From NCBI GenBank assembly GCA_963798915.1, contig CAWCVB010000006.1:224001-288000 (forward strand): 64,000 bases of DNA. Direction: 5' to 3'. The position numbers and the translations under genes were made by a program. Below, piece after piece: positions 8,330 through 18,414 of the stretch (its first letter is position 1; every line of letters starts with the position of its first letter). The DNA is from an uncultured Gemmatimonadales bacterium. Lineage in GTDB: Bacteria > Gemmatimonadota > Gemmatimonadetes > Gemmatimonadales > GWC2-71-9. Below the pieces are notes generated by a model. It searched no databases. It worked only from the letters and a program-made list of their open reading frames with translations, and was not told the origin of the DNA.

Positions 8330-9457
8330 GGCCCGGCCCCCTGAACGCGCAAGAGCTTCAGCCAATTCGCGCTTCAGTTCCTCGCGCCGACGCTGCAGCC
8401 TGGCCCGCTCGGCGCCGGCATCGAGGTCGAGCCTGGCAAGCTGATCGTCGAGCGCCGCAAGATCACCTACCAGCGCGGCCGCAGCGGCACCTGGCGCGTC
8501 TGGAGCCGCGACGCTGGGAGGGGCCGGAGCCCGGAACACCCGCACCAGTGTCACGATCACGGCGACCGCCAGCAGCGCAACCGGCACGACCAGCCATCCG
8601 CGTGCAAGACGGAAAGGCACCGGCACCGTGACCAGGACGACGTCGCCCGAGTCCACGACACCATTGAAGTGGCGAAATGGCCGTCCCTGAATCACCGTCA
8701 CGCTGTCAGTCGGCTGAAGGTTCCCGCCACGCACGGTCGCATCCGGCTCCTCCACCAGGACATTCACCCCGCTCACACGCTCGTCGAACGGGTAGACCAG
8801 GTGACCAGCGTTCGCGGGCAGGTGATACTGCACCGAAATCTGGCGCTCGCCCGGCGCCAACGGCGCCAGCACCAGGATGCTGTCGCGATTGCGGTCCACG
8901 GCCCCGGCCGAGAGATCGCCATCTTCGGCCGAGAACCCCGCCGCCTGCGGCGGGATCAGTGCGTGCCAGGTCGAAGATTGGCTGTCTCGAGCCACGCGGG
9001 TCCGCTCGCCGGGGTTGTCGACGACGATCAGTTCCACGACAGTCCGCGTGCCGTCCGCGCCCGGCTTGGCAATCACGATGTGGCGAGCTTCGGTGTGCAC
9101 TGGCGCCGAGGCGGACGTGTCGAAGACTTGCAAGGCAAGGCCAGTATCGGCGGTGGCCGGAGTGGTCGCGACGGGATTGGAGAAGTATTCAATGCCCTGA
9201 TAGCGTGCGGTCACGATATAGAGTGACGCGCTGTCGGGTCGGAAGCGGAAGGTGAATCGGCCACGCCGGTCGGTCGCCATCGAATCCAGCGGGCCCTGCA
9301 CGCTGCGGCCAATCCGATGCAGGACGACCATGGTGCCGGCGAGCGGCTCGGCCTGCGATCCGCGGACCACCTGGCCGGCGGCCGACGCGACCGGTTCTTG
9401 CCCTCGCGCCGAGGCGGGCCAGGCCGATAGCAGGAGCAGTGCTGCAACCAGCCGCAG
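8327..9457 (-). CDS. Exported, C-terminally membrane-anchored hypothetical protein (carboxypeptidase-regulatory-like domain)
   Basis: Signal peptide LRLVAALLLLSAWPASARG, TD..GRFTF motif, TM helix, charged helical tail; no ATG/GTG ahead of the signal peptide, CTG at 9457 assumed. Confidence 0.7.
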   Translation of the reverse strand: MRLVAALLLLSAWPASARGQEPVASAAGQVVRGSQAEPLAGTMVVLHRIGRSVQGPLDSMATDRRGRFTFRFRPDSASLYIVTARYQGIEYFSNPVATTPATADTGLALQVFDTSASAPVHTEARHIVIAKPGADGTRTVVELIVVDNPGERTRVARDSQSSTWHALIPPQAAGFSAEDGDLSAGAVDRNRDSILVLAPLAPGERQISVQYHLPANAGHLVYPFDERVSGVNVLVEEPDATVRGGNLQPTDSVTVIQGRPFRHFNGVVDSGDVVLVTVPVPFRLARGWLVVPVALLAVAVIVTLVRVFRAPAPPSVAAPDAPGAAAAALVGDLAALDDQLARLDLDAGAERARLQRRREELKRELAEALARSGGRA

Positions 9458-9458
9458 G

Positions 9459-9950
9459 TCAGGGATTGAACTTGCCGAAATCTTCAGGATCCAGCTTCTC
9501 GAGATACTCGCGCAGGCGCTCGGCCTCGCGTGAGCCGGCGCCGTCACTGTCGTCGGCTTCAACCCCGCTCTGCTCGAGCAGCTGATCACTGGCGAAGATC
9601 GGCGCCTGCAGACGGAGGGCCAGCGCAATGCTGTCGCTGGGGCGCGCATCCACCTGGAAGACATGGTCCTCGCGCTGGATCAGGAGCTCGGCAAAGTAGG
9701 TGTTTTCCTTGACCGCGCTGATGAGGATGCGGCGCAGTTCGCCGCCAAGGCCGACGATGACCTGCTTGAGCAGGTCATGGGTCATGGGGCGCACCGCCTT
9801 CACGCCCTGCAACTCCATCGCGATCGCGCTCGCCTCGGCCGGACCGATCCAGATCGGCAGCACGCGCGACCCGGCCTTCTCGCGGAGGATGACGACAGGG
9901 CTCTCCGTGTTGCGATCAACACCCAGGTGCGCGACAGTCATTTCCTGCAT
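9459..9950 (-). CDS. Bifunctional nuclease family protein (DUF151)
   Basis: LPIWIGPAEASAIA, RPMTHDLL, DARPSDSIALALR. Confidence 0.92.
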   Translation of the reverse strand: MQEMTVAHLGVDRNTESPVVILREKAGSRVLPIWIGPAEASAIAMELQGVKAVRPMTHDLLKQVIVGLGGELRRILISAVKENTYFAELLIQREDHVFQVDARPSDSIALALRLQAPIFASDQLLEQSGVEADDSDGAGSREAERLREYLEKLDPEDFGKFNP

Positions 9951-9956
9951 GCAGTC

Positions 9957-11198
9957 CTAGCGCAACGCGCTGAGCAGGTCCTTAACGCGGTTGGTCTGCT
10001 CCCAGGTAAAGAAATCATACTTCCGCTTTGAGCGTCCCTCGGGCCCAACATAGCGGGCCGAGACCGGCTTCCGGCCGAAATGGCCGTACGCGGCGGTGGG
10101 CGTATAGATGGGCCGCTTGAGCTTGAGCGCCGCGATCAGCGCGCTGGGCCGGAGGTCGAAGACTTCCCGCACAGCTCGTTCAAGGCGCGAGTCCGGCATG
10201 GCGCCGGTGCCGAACGTGTCGACCATGACCGACACCGGCTCGGCCACTCCGATCGCATAGGCTACCTGGACCTCGCAGCGGCGGGCCAGCCCGGCCTCCA
10301 CAATATTCTTGGCCACCCAGCGCATGGCGTATGCGGCCGAGCGATCCACCTTGGAGGGATCCTTGCCGCTGAAGGCGCCACCACCATGCCGGGACATGCC
10401 GCCGTAGGTGTCGACGATGATCTTGCGGCCGGTGAGGCCGGCGTCGCCATGGGGTCCACCGATGACAAAGCGGCCGGTCGGATTGATGAAGAACTTGACC
10501 CGCCGGGCATCGACGCCGGCCTTGGCGAGCACCGGCTTGATCACTTCATCGACAATGGTGGCTCGCAGATGGCCGTCGCTGAGCCGACGGCTGCCGTTCC
10601 GCTCGCCGTGCTGGGTGGAGACCACGACGGCCTTCACCGCCACCGGCCGATCTCCCTCGTACTCGACGGAGACCTGGCTCTTGCCATCGGGGCGAAGCCA
10701 CTCGATCGGCCCGACACCACCACTCCCCTTGCGAACGGCAGCGAGCCGCTCGGTGATCCGATGCGCAAGCAGGATCGGCAGCGGCATTCTCTCCTTGGTT
10801 TCCCGGCAGGCATATCCGAACATCATCCCCTGGTCGCCCGCCCCCTGTTCGTGCCCGCGGGTCTCATTGACACCTTGCGCGATATCGGGCGACTGCCGGT
10901 CGATCGCCGCCATGACGGCGCAGGAGTCGGCGTCGAACCCGAACTGCGCGTCGGTGTAGCCGATGCGACGTACCGTGTCGCGCACGATGTCGGGGATATG
11001 CACGTAGGTCTTGGTCGTGATTTCGCCCGCCACGACTGCCATGCCGGTGGTCACCAGGGTCTCGCAGGCGACACGGCCATTGGGATCGCGCTCGAGGATG
11101 GCGTCGAGCACGGCATCCGAGATCTGGTCGGCGACCTTGTCGGGATGCCCCTCGGTGACGGATTCGGACGTGAAGACGTGTCGCTTGGAGGCGGCCAT
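9957..11198 (-). CDS. metK: S-adenosylmethionine synthetase
   Basis: [28 protein letters not shown]. Confidence 0.98.
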   Translation of the reverse strand: MAASKRHVFTSESVTEGHPDKVADQISDAVLDAILERDPNGRVACETLVTTGMAVVAGEITTKTYVHIPDIVRDTVRRIGYTDAQFGFDADSCAVMAAIDRQSPDIAQGVNETRGHEQGAGDQGMMFGYACRETKERMPLPILLAHRITERLAAVRKGSGGVGPIEWLRPDGKSQVSVEYEGDRPVAVKAVVVSTQHGERNGSRRLSDGHLRATIVDEVIKPVLAKAGVDARRVKFFINPTGRFVIGGPHGDAGLTGRKIIVDTYGGMSRHGGGAFSGKDPSKVDRSAAYAMRWVAKNIVEAGLARRCEVQVAYAIGVAEPVSVMVDTFGTGAMPDSRLERAVREVFDLRPSALIAALKLKRPIYTPTAAYGHFGRKPVSARYVGPEGRSKRKYDFFTWEQTNRVKDLLSALR

Positions 11199-11267
11199 CA
11201 GGTGAGTTCTCGTCAGGGTGGAGGTCAGCGCACCAGGCGCCCTCGGCGCCCGTGAATGGGGAGCAAG

Positions 11268-13064
11268 CTAGCGGCGCACCAGCGGGCGAGCAACGTCGCC
11301 CTCGGGCTCCAGCAGGCGAATATCGACGTGCTGCGCCGCCGCTTCGCGCAGGATGACGCTGACATCGCTGGCCCGGCGTGCCTCGAGCGCCTCCCCGGCC
11401 GCCGCCGCTGCCTTGGCGAGCGGCACCGCGCGAAGCAGCCATTTCACCATGACAAGCGCTGGCGGCGCCACACTCAAGGTGCGGATGCCCAGGCCCACGA
11501 GGAGCATGGCGTTCAACGGCTCCGACGCCATCTCCCCGCAGACACTGACTGCGAGGTGGCGCTCATCGGCGATGGCACGGATGTGGCGCAGCTGGCGCAG
11601 CATGGCCGGGTCGTGCGGCTGGAAGCGATCTGCCAGCCTGGCGTTGCCCCGGTCCACGGCCAGCGTGTACTGCGTGAGATCATTGGTGCCGATGCTGAAG
11701 AAGGCGCTGACGTCGGCCAGCCGGTCCGCCACGATCACCGCGGCCGGTGTTTCCACCATCACGCCGACCGGGACCGTCTCCGCCGCGGGAATCCCGGCGG
11801 CCTGGAGCCGGGCTGATTCCTCAGCCAGCATTTCGCGGGACCGCTCCACTTCCTCGACCGTCGTTATCAAGGGCAGCATCAACTTGATATTGCGGCCCAG
11901 CGCGGCGCGCAACACTGCTCGGAGCTGGTCGCGAAAGAACTCGGGGTGATCCAGGCAAACCCGGATCGAGCGCCATCCGAGGAAGGGGTTGGCTTCGTGG
12001 CTGGTCTTGAACGCGGCCGGAAACTTGTCACCCCCGAGGTCGTAGCTGCGGATGATGACCTCCTGCCCGGGAAACGCCGAGGAGACCCGCCGGAAATAGT
12101 CGGTTTGCTCATCCTCACCAGGCATGGTGCTGCGGCCACCCAGCATGAACTCGGTGCGCAGCAGCCCGACCCCTTCCGCACCGTTGCGCACGGCCGCGTC
12201 AATTTCATCGGGCAGGTCCACGTTGCCCATGAGCGTGAAGCGCTCGCCGTCGGGCGCCTGGGATGGCTCCGCGACAACGGTCTCGAGCTGCATCTCGAAC
12301 CGGTGCCGACGGCTCAGCCGGGTGCGCGCGGAATCCAGCTCGGCCGCGGTGGGATCGATCAGGATGGCACCCGATTGCCCGTCGAGCAGCACCATGTCCC
12401 CGGATTGAATCCGCCGCATGGCACCTTCCACCCCCATGACGGCGGGGATGCCAAGGGAATGCGCGAGGATCGCTGCGTGAGAGGTGCGCGTGCCTTCCTC
12501 GCTCACCAGCCCGACCACGTGATCCCGATCCAGCTGCACGGTCAGTCCGGGCGAGAGCTCGTGGGCGACGATCACCACATTCTGGTCGGTTTCCACGGCC
12601 CATGGCTGCAGCTCGCGCCGCCCCGTGAGGCGGTAGAGCATGCGCATCTGGATGGCGTGAAGATCGGGGAGGCGATCGCGAAGCTGTGCGCTCGGGGAAT
12701 TCTGGAACATCTGACGCAGCTCGAGCGCCTTGAACTCGTAGGCGGTTTCAGCGCTGAAGCGGTTTTTCCGGATGACGCCCTCGACCGCGGCGAGCATGTC
12801 CGGGTCCTGGGCCATGAGAATCTGCGCGTCGAAAATGCGCGCCTCGTCCTCCCCAGCCCGATTCAGGACCCGGGTCCGTAGCTGCCCCAATTGGGACGCC
12901 ACCACCCGCACGGCCGCGTGCAGCCGGCGCACCTCATGCTCGACCTCGTCCGCCTCCACCGTGCGGTCTGGCACATCGGGGATGTCCAGCCGCACCATGA
13001 GAGCCGGTGCCCACGCCGTCCCGGGCGACACGCCAATGCCGCGAAGCAGCCGGCCATCACTCAT
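11268..13064 (-). CDS. ptsI: PTS enzyme I (phosphoenolpyruvate-protein phosphotransferase)
   Basis: RTSHAAILA phospho-His, GVGLLRTEF, EANPFLGWR, FSIGTNDLTQY, CGEMA. Confidence 0.96.
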   Translation of the reverse strand: MSDGRLLRGIGVSPGTAWAPALMVRLDIPDVPDRTVEADEVEHEVRRLHAAVRVVASQLGQLRTRVLNRAGEDEARIFDAQILMAQDPDMLAAVEGVIRKNRFSAETAYEFKALELRQMFQNSPSAQLRDRLPDLHAIQMRMLYRLTGRRELQPWAVETDQNVVIVAHELSPGLTVQLDRDHVVGLVSEEGTRTSHAAILAHSLGIPAVMGVEGAMRRIQSGDMVLLDGQSGAILIDPTAAELDSARTRLSRRHRFEMQLETVVAEPSQAPDGERFTLMGNVDLPDEIDAAVRNGAEGVGLLRTEFMLGGRSTMPGEDEQTDYFRRVSSAFPGQEVIIRSYDLGGDKFPAAFKTSHEANPFLGWRSIRVCLDHPEFFRDQLRAVLRAALGRNIKLMLPLITTVEEVERSREMLAEESARLQAAGIPAAETVPVGVMVETPAAVIVADRLADVSAFFSIGTNDLTQYTLAVDRGNARLADRFQPHDPAMLRQLRHIRAIADERHLAVSVCGEMASEPLNAMLLVGLGIRTLSVAPPALVMVKWLLRAVPLAKAAAAAGEALEARRASDVSVILREAAAQHVDIRLLEPEGDVARPLVRR

Positions 13065-13327
13065 GATTCGCCAAATCCGTCGGCAATGAGCGCGCAGATC
13101 GCGGCCACGGCTTCGGTCTCGTCGCCGCCTTCAGCACGAACCTGTACGGTACTTCCACACTCCGCTGCAAGCATCATGACCCCCATGATGCTCTTGCCGT
13201 TCACCTCCATGCCGTCCTTCTGCAGGCGAATATCCGAACGAAAGCCCGCAGCGATCCGAACCAGCTGCGCGGCGGGGCGCGCATGCAGGCCCAAGGGGTT
13301 GGTGATCAGCGCCTCACGCTCCGTCAT
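13061..13327 (-). CDS. ptsH: Phosphocarrier protein HPr
   Basis: NPLGLHARPAA (His15) and NGKSIMGVM (Ser46); ATG 13327. Confidence 0.96.
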   Translation of the reverse strand: MTEREALITNPLGLHARPAAQLVRIAAGFRSDIRLQKDGMEVNGKSIMGVMMLAAECGSTVQVRAEGGDETEAVAAICALIADGFGES

Positions 13328-14058
13328 GCAAGCACCCAGCGAAGGAACACGGCACCTCCCATGGCGATGAGCGTGAACCGGGGCGCCGAGTAGCGCGGGC
13401 CGGCCAGCCGGCTGGCCGCAATACCGGTGGCCGCCAGCAGCACCGTTCCGAGGACTGCTCGCGCGCCGAAGGGGGCCAGCAGCCATTCCGCAATCAGCGG
13501 CGACGCGACGCCAATGGAAAAGCCTGCCGCCGGACCAGCCCACGCCACCACCCGCGGCAGCCACGACCCGCTGATTGCGGCGCCAACCTTCATGCCAGTC
13601 GACAAGCCAGTGGTCAACGCCCATCGCGCAACGAAAAAGCGAACCAGGTTGAACAGCACCAGGAATCCGGCCACGGCATACCACGAGGCGCCAAAGGCGA
13701 TCGCCGCCAAGGTGGCCCCAAGCAGTCCCGGAAGGATCCCGGCCCAGAACAGTTGGTCCCCAAGTGCACCGAGCGGACTGCAGAGCGCTGCACGCAGCCG
13801 GGCAATCTGCTCGCCGGGCACGCCGTCGTATTCGGCCCGCACCAGCGCACCCAAGGCCAGTCCAGCCAGGTACGGATGAGAATTGAAAAAGAGAGCCGAT
13901 CGTGTGGTCGCCTCGCGAAAGCGCGCGGGGTCGGTGTCGCGCAAGGCCACCAGCAGCGGCCCGGCGGCATAGCCCATGCCGACCCCGAGCATCCGCTCGT
14001 AATTCCACGCGCCCTGCACCGCGAGGAGCCGGCGGCTCGAGGCCCCTTGCCCCTTCAC
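13324..14058 (-). CDS. PTS mannose/fructose/sorbose family EIID
   Basis: QGAWNYERMLGVG, FFNSHPY, PLGALGDQLFW. Confidence 0.93.
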   Translation of the reverse strand: MKGQGASSRRLLAVQGAWNYERMLGVGMGYAAGPLLVALRDTDPARFREATTRSALFFNSHPYLAGLALGALVRAEYDGVPGEQIARLRAALCSPLGALGDQLFWAGILPGLLGATLAAIAFGASWYAVAGFLVLFNLVRFFVARWALTTGLSTGMKVGAAISGSWLPRVVAWAGPAAGFSIGVASPLIAEWLLAPFGARAVLGTVLLAATGIAASRLAGPRYSAPRFTLIAMGGAVFLRWVLA

Positions 14059-14735
14059 GCAGCAAGAACCAATGCAACGCCAACCAATCCCCCGGCGACC
14101 AGCCAGCGAAGGCGCGCGCCACGGCCCGTGCTGCGCAGCGCTCCTCCCACCAGCGCGGCGATGCCCGACCCGATGGCGACGACGCTCAGCAGGGCCGCCG
14201 TGCCCGGATCAAGTCGCATCCAATGCTGAACCGCCCAGCCCAGGAGCAGTGCGACCGACGTAAGAAAGAGACCGCGCGAGGCGTCGAGCGCGATCGAACC
14301 CCGCTGGAGCCGCGCCAGTGCCGCCGGGTCCCCGGCGGCGAGCGCAGGCTCGGCGCGATGCACGGCGCGGCCAATCCGGTGGCGGAGCTGTCCCAGCGAC
14401 CAGCCGCCAAGCGACGCGACCACCAGGGCCAGCGCCACGGCAACCCCGAGCGACTGCTGCCAGGGACCGGTGCGAGCGACCAGCACCGCCGCACCCACCG
14501 TCGCCGGACCGTAGTCGGGATAGCGGGCGGCGCCGACCGGCAGCACGTCGAGGGCAAAGAGTTCCATGACCACGGCCAGCCGGAAGCCGGCCGCAAGGTC
14601 ACCCGCAATCCAGCCAGCCACCGCGCCGGCAACGAGCGGCCGCGCGATCATCATCTGGGGAACACTGACCAGGTCGAGCGCCACGACCGTGCCCCACCCG
14701 AGCAGCAGCACAATGGTCCAGAGCGGCAGGTTCAC
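14055..14735 (-). CDS. PTS mannose family EIIC
   Basis: Hydrophobic; ALD...RPLVAG...ELFALDVLPVGAA..PD. Confidence 0.9.
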   Translation of the reverse strand: MNLPLWTIVLLLGWGTVVALDLVSVPQMMIARPLVAGAVAGWIAGDLAAGFRLAVVMELFALDVLPVGAARYPDYGPATVGAAVLVARTGPWQQSLGVAVALALVVASLGGWSLGQLRHRIGRAVHRAEPALAAGDPAALARLQRGSIALDASRGLFLTSVALLLGWAVQHWMRLDPGTAALLSVVAIGSGIAALVGGALRSTGRGARLRWLVAGGLVGVALVLAA

Positions 14736-15208
14736 TTGATGGCGCTCAGCGGCAGCGGAACTGCGGTTGGCACGTCCTGCGCCGTCACCATGGCGCCGGT
14801 CGCGCCGAGGGCGCGAAGTTCCTCGAGTTCGACATCACTCAGGTAGACATACGGCAAGCGCTCAGTCCGTCCCGGCTGGTGATGGATTCCGCCAAGATTG
14901 ATCTTTGAAAAGATCTCGGGCGCTGCGGCATGCAGCAGGACCATGGTGTGCAGGTTGCCCGTGAGAATGGCTGTCCGGACCTTGGATGACTGCCAACCGG
15001 CCACCTCGGCCAGGGCCGACTCGACGGTGCGGAAGACGACCTCGATCCCTCCGGGTACCGCCACCCGATAGAGGTCCTGTTCCCATTCATTCGAGGCGAC
15101 ATCATCGTCGACGAGGACGATCCGTTCGAGGCCGAGAGGCCGGCCCCAGCCAATCACCACCTGCCCATGGATCAGGCGGTCGTCCACCCGCGACAGCAGG
15201 ATCGGCAT
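14732..15208 (-). CDS. PTS mannose family EIIB
   Basis: RVDDRLIHGQV signature, INLGG. Confidence 0.94.
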   Translation of the reverse strand: MPILLSRVDDRLIHGQVVIGWGRPLGLERIVLVDDDVASNEWEQDLYRVAVPGGIEVVFRTVESALAEVAGWQSSKVRTAILTGNLHTMVLLHAAAPEIFSKINLGGIHHQPGRTERLPYVYLSDVELEELRALGATGAMVTAQDVPTAVPLPLSAIK

Positions 15209-15588
15209 CAGGGCACCTTGATGGAGTTTGTGCCCGACTGCGCCGAGCGACGGGCTGCTTCGGCCGGCGTCAGATCCCGGTGGTAGACGAAATCGACCAG
15301 CATCGCGAGGTTCACCCCGGTCACGACCTGCACATCCTCGCGGTCATGAAGGCGACGGAGCACCGCCAGCAGGCACGAGCCCGCCGCCATGTCCACGAAC
15401 ACGACGGCCGCCCGGTCGCCGACCGCCTCGGCCACACGTTGCTCCAGCGAGCCGCGATCGCACTGGTCGTTGGAGACGGGCGCGAGGCCGTCCCGCTCCC
15501 CGGTGATCCTGGCGACCGCATCGACCAGCGCCGCGGCCACGGACCCGTGGCCCACCACCACCCCACGCAAGCTGTTATTCGTAGTCAT
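15208..15588 (-). CDS. PTS mannose family EIIA
   Basis: VVVGHG phospho-His, FVDMAAGS, TGVNLAML. Confidence 0.9.
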   Translation of the reverse strand: MTTNNSLRGVVVGHGSVAAALVDAVARITGERDGLAPVSNDQCDRGSLEQRVAEAVGDRAAVVFVDMAAGSCLLAVLRRLHDREDVQVVTGVNLAMLVDFVYHRDLTPAEAARRSAQSGTNSIKVP

Positions 15589-16537
15589 TTCGCAGGTACT
15601 CGCTGACGCCGCGCTGTTCTTTCATTCGCTTGATGAGCCGCTCGTTGAAGGCCGCCGCTACGTCCACCCCCGAGTATCGCAGCAGGTGCATCATGGCCAC
15701 CACCTCGGAGATAACCGTGATGTTCTTGCCGGGGTTCAGCGCCACGACCACCTTGGGCAGGCGCACCTCGAGGATGTCGGTTTCCTGCTGCAGCAGTCCG
15801 GTGCGATCCTGGTCCTTCGCCGTCTCCCAATCCTCTAGTTGCACCACCACTTCGATGCGCTTCTGCTGGCGCACGGCACGCACGCCGAACAGCGCCGGGA
15901 TGTCCACCAGGCCGATGCCACGAATCTCCATGTGGTGGCCAGCGAGCTCATGGCCCCGGCCAATGAGCACGTCGGATCCACGACGGGTCACCTGCACCAC
16001 GTCATCGGCCACGAGACGGTGGCCCCGCTCCACCAGGTCAAGGACGCACTCGCTCTTGCCGATGCCAGAGCGGCCCACGAACAGCAGGCCAACGCCATAG
16101 ACATCGGCCAGCGAGCCATGCAGCGTGGTGCGCGCGGCGAACGCTTCCTCGAGCGTGGGCTTGATCCGGCGATAGAACTCAGCCGTCTTGAGCGTGGACC
16201 GGAGCACGGGCACGCCACGCGCGCGCGCCAGCTCGAGCATTTCGCGGGGCACGCTCTGCCCCTTCGTGACAAAGACACAGGGCAGGTCGAATGAGAAGAA
16301 GTCGTTCAGCGCCCGCTGGCGGTCCGCTTCTTCGAGCGTGGCCAGGTAGGTCAGCTCGGTCTCCCCGAAGACATGCAGGCGCCCCGGCGTGAAGCGCGCC
16401 GTATAGCCAGCCAGCGCCAGCCCGGGGCTGGCGATCTCTTCGTCCGGGAGCGGGCGATCAAGGCCCAGCTCGCCCGTCAGGGACTCGAGCTGGAGAGGAT
16501 CGCCGCGGCGAGTGAGCAGTTCCCGGAGGGTGAGCAT
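15575..16537 (-). CDS. hprK: HPr(Ser) kinase/phosphorylase
   Basis: GRSGIGKSE, RGHRLVADD, MEIRGIGLVD, PGKN. Confidence 0.96.
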   Translation of the reverse strand: MLTLRELLTRRGDPLQLESLTGELGLDRPLPDEEIASPGLALAGYTARFTPGRLHVFGETELTYLATLEEADRQRALNDFFSFDLPCVFVTKGQSVPREMLELARARGVPVLRSTLKTAEFYRRIKPTLEEAFAARTTLHGSLADVYGVGLLFVGRSGIGKSECVLDLVERGHRLVADDVVQVTRRGSDVLIGRGHELAGHHMEIRGIGLVDIPALFGVRAVRQQKRIEVVVQLEDWETAKDQDRTGLLQQETDILEVRLPKVVVALNPGKNITVISEVVAMMHLLRYSGVDVAAAFNERLIKRMKEQRGVSEYLRNDYE

Positions 16538-16851
16538 CAGGCCTGCGTCGGGTCGGCCCGGCGACCGGTCCGTACCCGCCCACTGCTGCGCTGGATCTGG
16601 CGGCGGAGCTTCTCCTCAGCGCGGTCCAGTGCGGTCCGGTGATCATCGGCCGCGGCGCGTGCTATGAGCGGCTCATCGCGTGCCACGCGAAACTGAAGTT
16701 CGGCCGTACAGGCCACACCTTCCTGATCAAAGATGACGGTCGCATCCATGGGATGCATGGCCACCGAGCTCAGGCGGTCGGTAACGGTCGCCGCACGCTC
16801 GCGCAGCGCGTCGCTGATTTCGCAGTGCCGAGCGGTGATCGTCGTCTTCAT
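16537..16851 (-). CDS. hpf: Ribosome hibernation factor (short HPF/RaiA family)
   Basis: ITARHCEISDALRE start and ALDRAEEKLRRQI; 104 aa; position upstream of hprK. Confidence 0.82.
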   Translation of the reverse strand: MKTTITARHCEISDALRERAATVTDRLSSVAMHPMDATVIFDQEGVACTAELQFRVARDEPLIARAAADDHRTALDRAEEKLRRQIQRSSGRVRTGRRADPTQA

Positions 16852-17987
16852 GAACTGCCTCCTGCCCGGCGACCGGCCGGGCGGTCAATGATCTGCAACA
16901 GATGGGCTTCAGTTTGCGTGGCCGCTGCTTCCCAGGTCAACGCAGCGGCGAACTGCCGGCCCGCCGCACCAAGCTGCTCGATGAGCCCGGGACTGCGCGC
17001 CAGTTCCACCATGCGGCCCGCGAGCGCGGTGACGTCCCCGTGGGGGACCAGATAGCCCGTCTGGCCGTGTCGCACCGAATCCCGGAGCCCGGGACTGTCC
17101 GACGCGATACTGGGGGTTCCACAGGCCGCTGCCTCAACCACGGTGATGCCCCACCCTTCCTTGGGTGAAGGAAATATGTTCGCCCATGCCGTGCGCAACA
17201 GCCGCAGCTTTTCAGCCTCCGAGACAAAACCATGAAACCGGACCGCGTCGTTCAGTCCCAGCGCCGCGGCCAGCGCCTCGAGGCCGGGACGGGCGTCCCC
17301 GTTGCCGGCAATTTCCAGCCGAAGGTCGGGCATGACCTGACGAGCGACACTCAGCGCTCGTATGGCCAAGTCAATGCCTTTGTAACGCTTAAGGCGCCCC
17401 ATGTAAAGGAACGTGGGAGGTGTTACCCGTCCGACGGCGGGGTCGGGGCAATAGTGCGTCGCGTCCACGCCGGGATGGATGACGCGAATCGCCTCGGCCG
17501 CGACGCCACGGCGTACCAGGTCATCGCGGGTACTTTCACTGATGGCGTGGAACCCTGCCCGCCGATAGATGGCCGGAATGGGCCGTTCCGCCAGCCAGAC
17601 CGCGGTTGCCATGGGCCAGGATGTCTCCCGAAAGGCGGTTTCTCCGAACAGATGAGGCACAATCGCGCAGAACGGGCCTCGGAACAGGGACGGGAGAAAG
17701 AGGGGGATCTTGTTGATGTCCTCGACGACAATGTCTGGCCGCTGCCGCCGCAGGGCCCGGCGGACCGCACCGCGTCCCCGGATCGCGAAGCTCATGCGGG
17801 TCCCGACGCGCTCCACGTCGATGCCCTCCACGACCTCGTGGGTGGGACCGCCCTCCCATCCGGAACTGATCAGGCGGACCGAATGCCCCGCACTCCGGAG
17901 ACGGCGAAAGATCTCGAAGAGGTGGATCTCGGCCCCGCCGGCCTGCGGGTTCGCACGATCCAGCCAGTTGACCAGCAGAATGTCCAT
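16848..17987 (-). CDS. Glycosyltransferase family 4
   Basis: NPQAGGAE, YMGRLKRYKG, EGWGITVVEAAACGTP (EX7E). Confidence 0.92.
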   Translation of the reverse strand: MDILLVNWLDRANPQAGGAEIHLFEIFRRLRSAGHSVRLISSGWEGGPTHEVVEGIDVERVGTRMSFAIRGRGAVRRALRRQRPDIVVEDINKIPLFLPSLFRGPFCAIVPHLFGETAFRETSWPMATAVWLAERPIPAIYRRAGFHAISESTRDDLVRRGVAAEAIRVIHPGVDATHYCPDPAVGRVTPPTFLYMGRLKRYKGIDLAIRALSVARQVMPDLRLEIAGNGDARPGLEALAAALGLNDAVRFHGFVSEAEKLRLLRTAWANIFPSPKEGWGITVVEAAACGTPSIASDSPGLRDSVRHGQTGYLVPHGDVTALAGRMVELARSPGLIEQLGAAGRQFAAALTWEAAATQTEAHLLQIIDRPAGRRAGGSS

Positions 17988-17991
17988 CGGA

Positions 17992-18414
17992 TCAGTCCAG
18001 CCGTCCGAGATCGTGCGCCACGCGATCGAGCACGCCGTTGACGAATGCTGGTGCCCGGGGCCCGGCGAACCAGTGCGCCAGCCGCACCGATTCGTCAATG
18101 ACCACCTTGGCTGGTGTGGCACCGTCTTCCAGCTCCTGGATGCCCAGGCGAAGGATGTTGCGTTCAACCGTGCCGATGCGGTCCCAGCGCCAGTTGTCCG
18201 CGGCCGCGGCCGCGCGGCGATCAAGTGTCCCGAGATTGGCTATGACCCGGGCCGCGTGGGCTTCGGCAAGATCGAGCACGCGGGGCTTGGGGCGGATCAG
18301 TCGTCCCACGCCCCCGAGCGCCCGCTCGAGCGGACCGCCGCCAGCCAGCTCCCAGGCGTAGAGCAGCTGGAGTGCGCGAGCCCTGCCACGGGTGTCAACG
18401 CGCCGTTCAGCCAC
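17992..18414 (-). CDS. nusB: Transcription antitermination factor NusB
   Basis: RARALQLLYAWE, NWRWDRI..VERNILRL, FVNGVLD; follows ribH. Confidence 0.93.
   Translation of the reverse strand: MAERRVDTRGRARALQLLYAWELAGGGPLERALGGVGRLIRPKPRVLDLAEAHAARVIANLGTLDRRAAAAADNWRWDRIGTVERNILRLGIQELEDGATPAKVVIDESVRLAHWFAGPRAPAFVNGVLDRVAHDLGRLD

Noticed and set aside
11209..11216. CTGACGAG in the metK leader resembling a hammerhead ribozyme core
   Set aside because: No GAAA after stem II and no stems I/III.
13061..14122. Apparent N-terminal extensions or fusions in the ORF track (HPr 353 aa, BtuD 549 aa, DeoB 568 aa, MiaB 572 aa, SelB 721 aa)
   Set aside because: Extensions are alternative-frame read-through of upstream genes; true starts lie at or just beyond the upstream stop codons.
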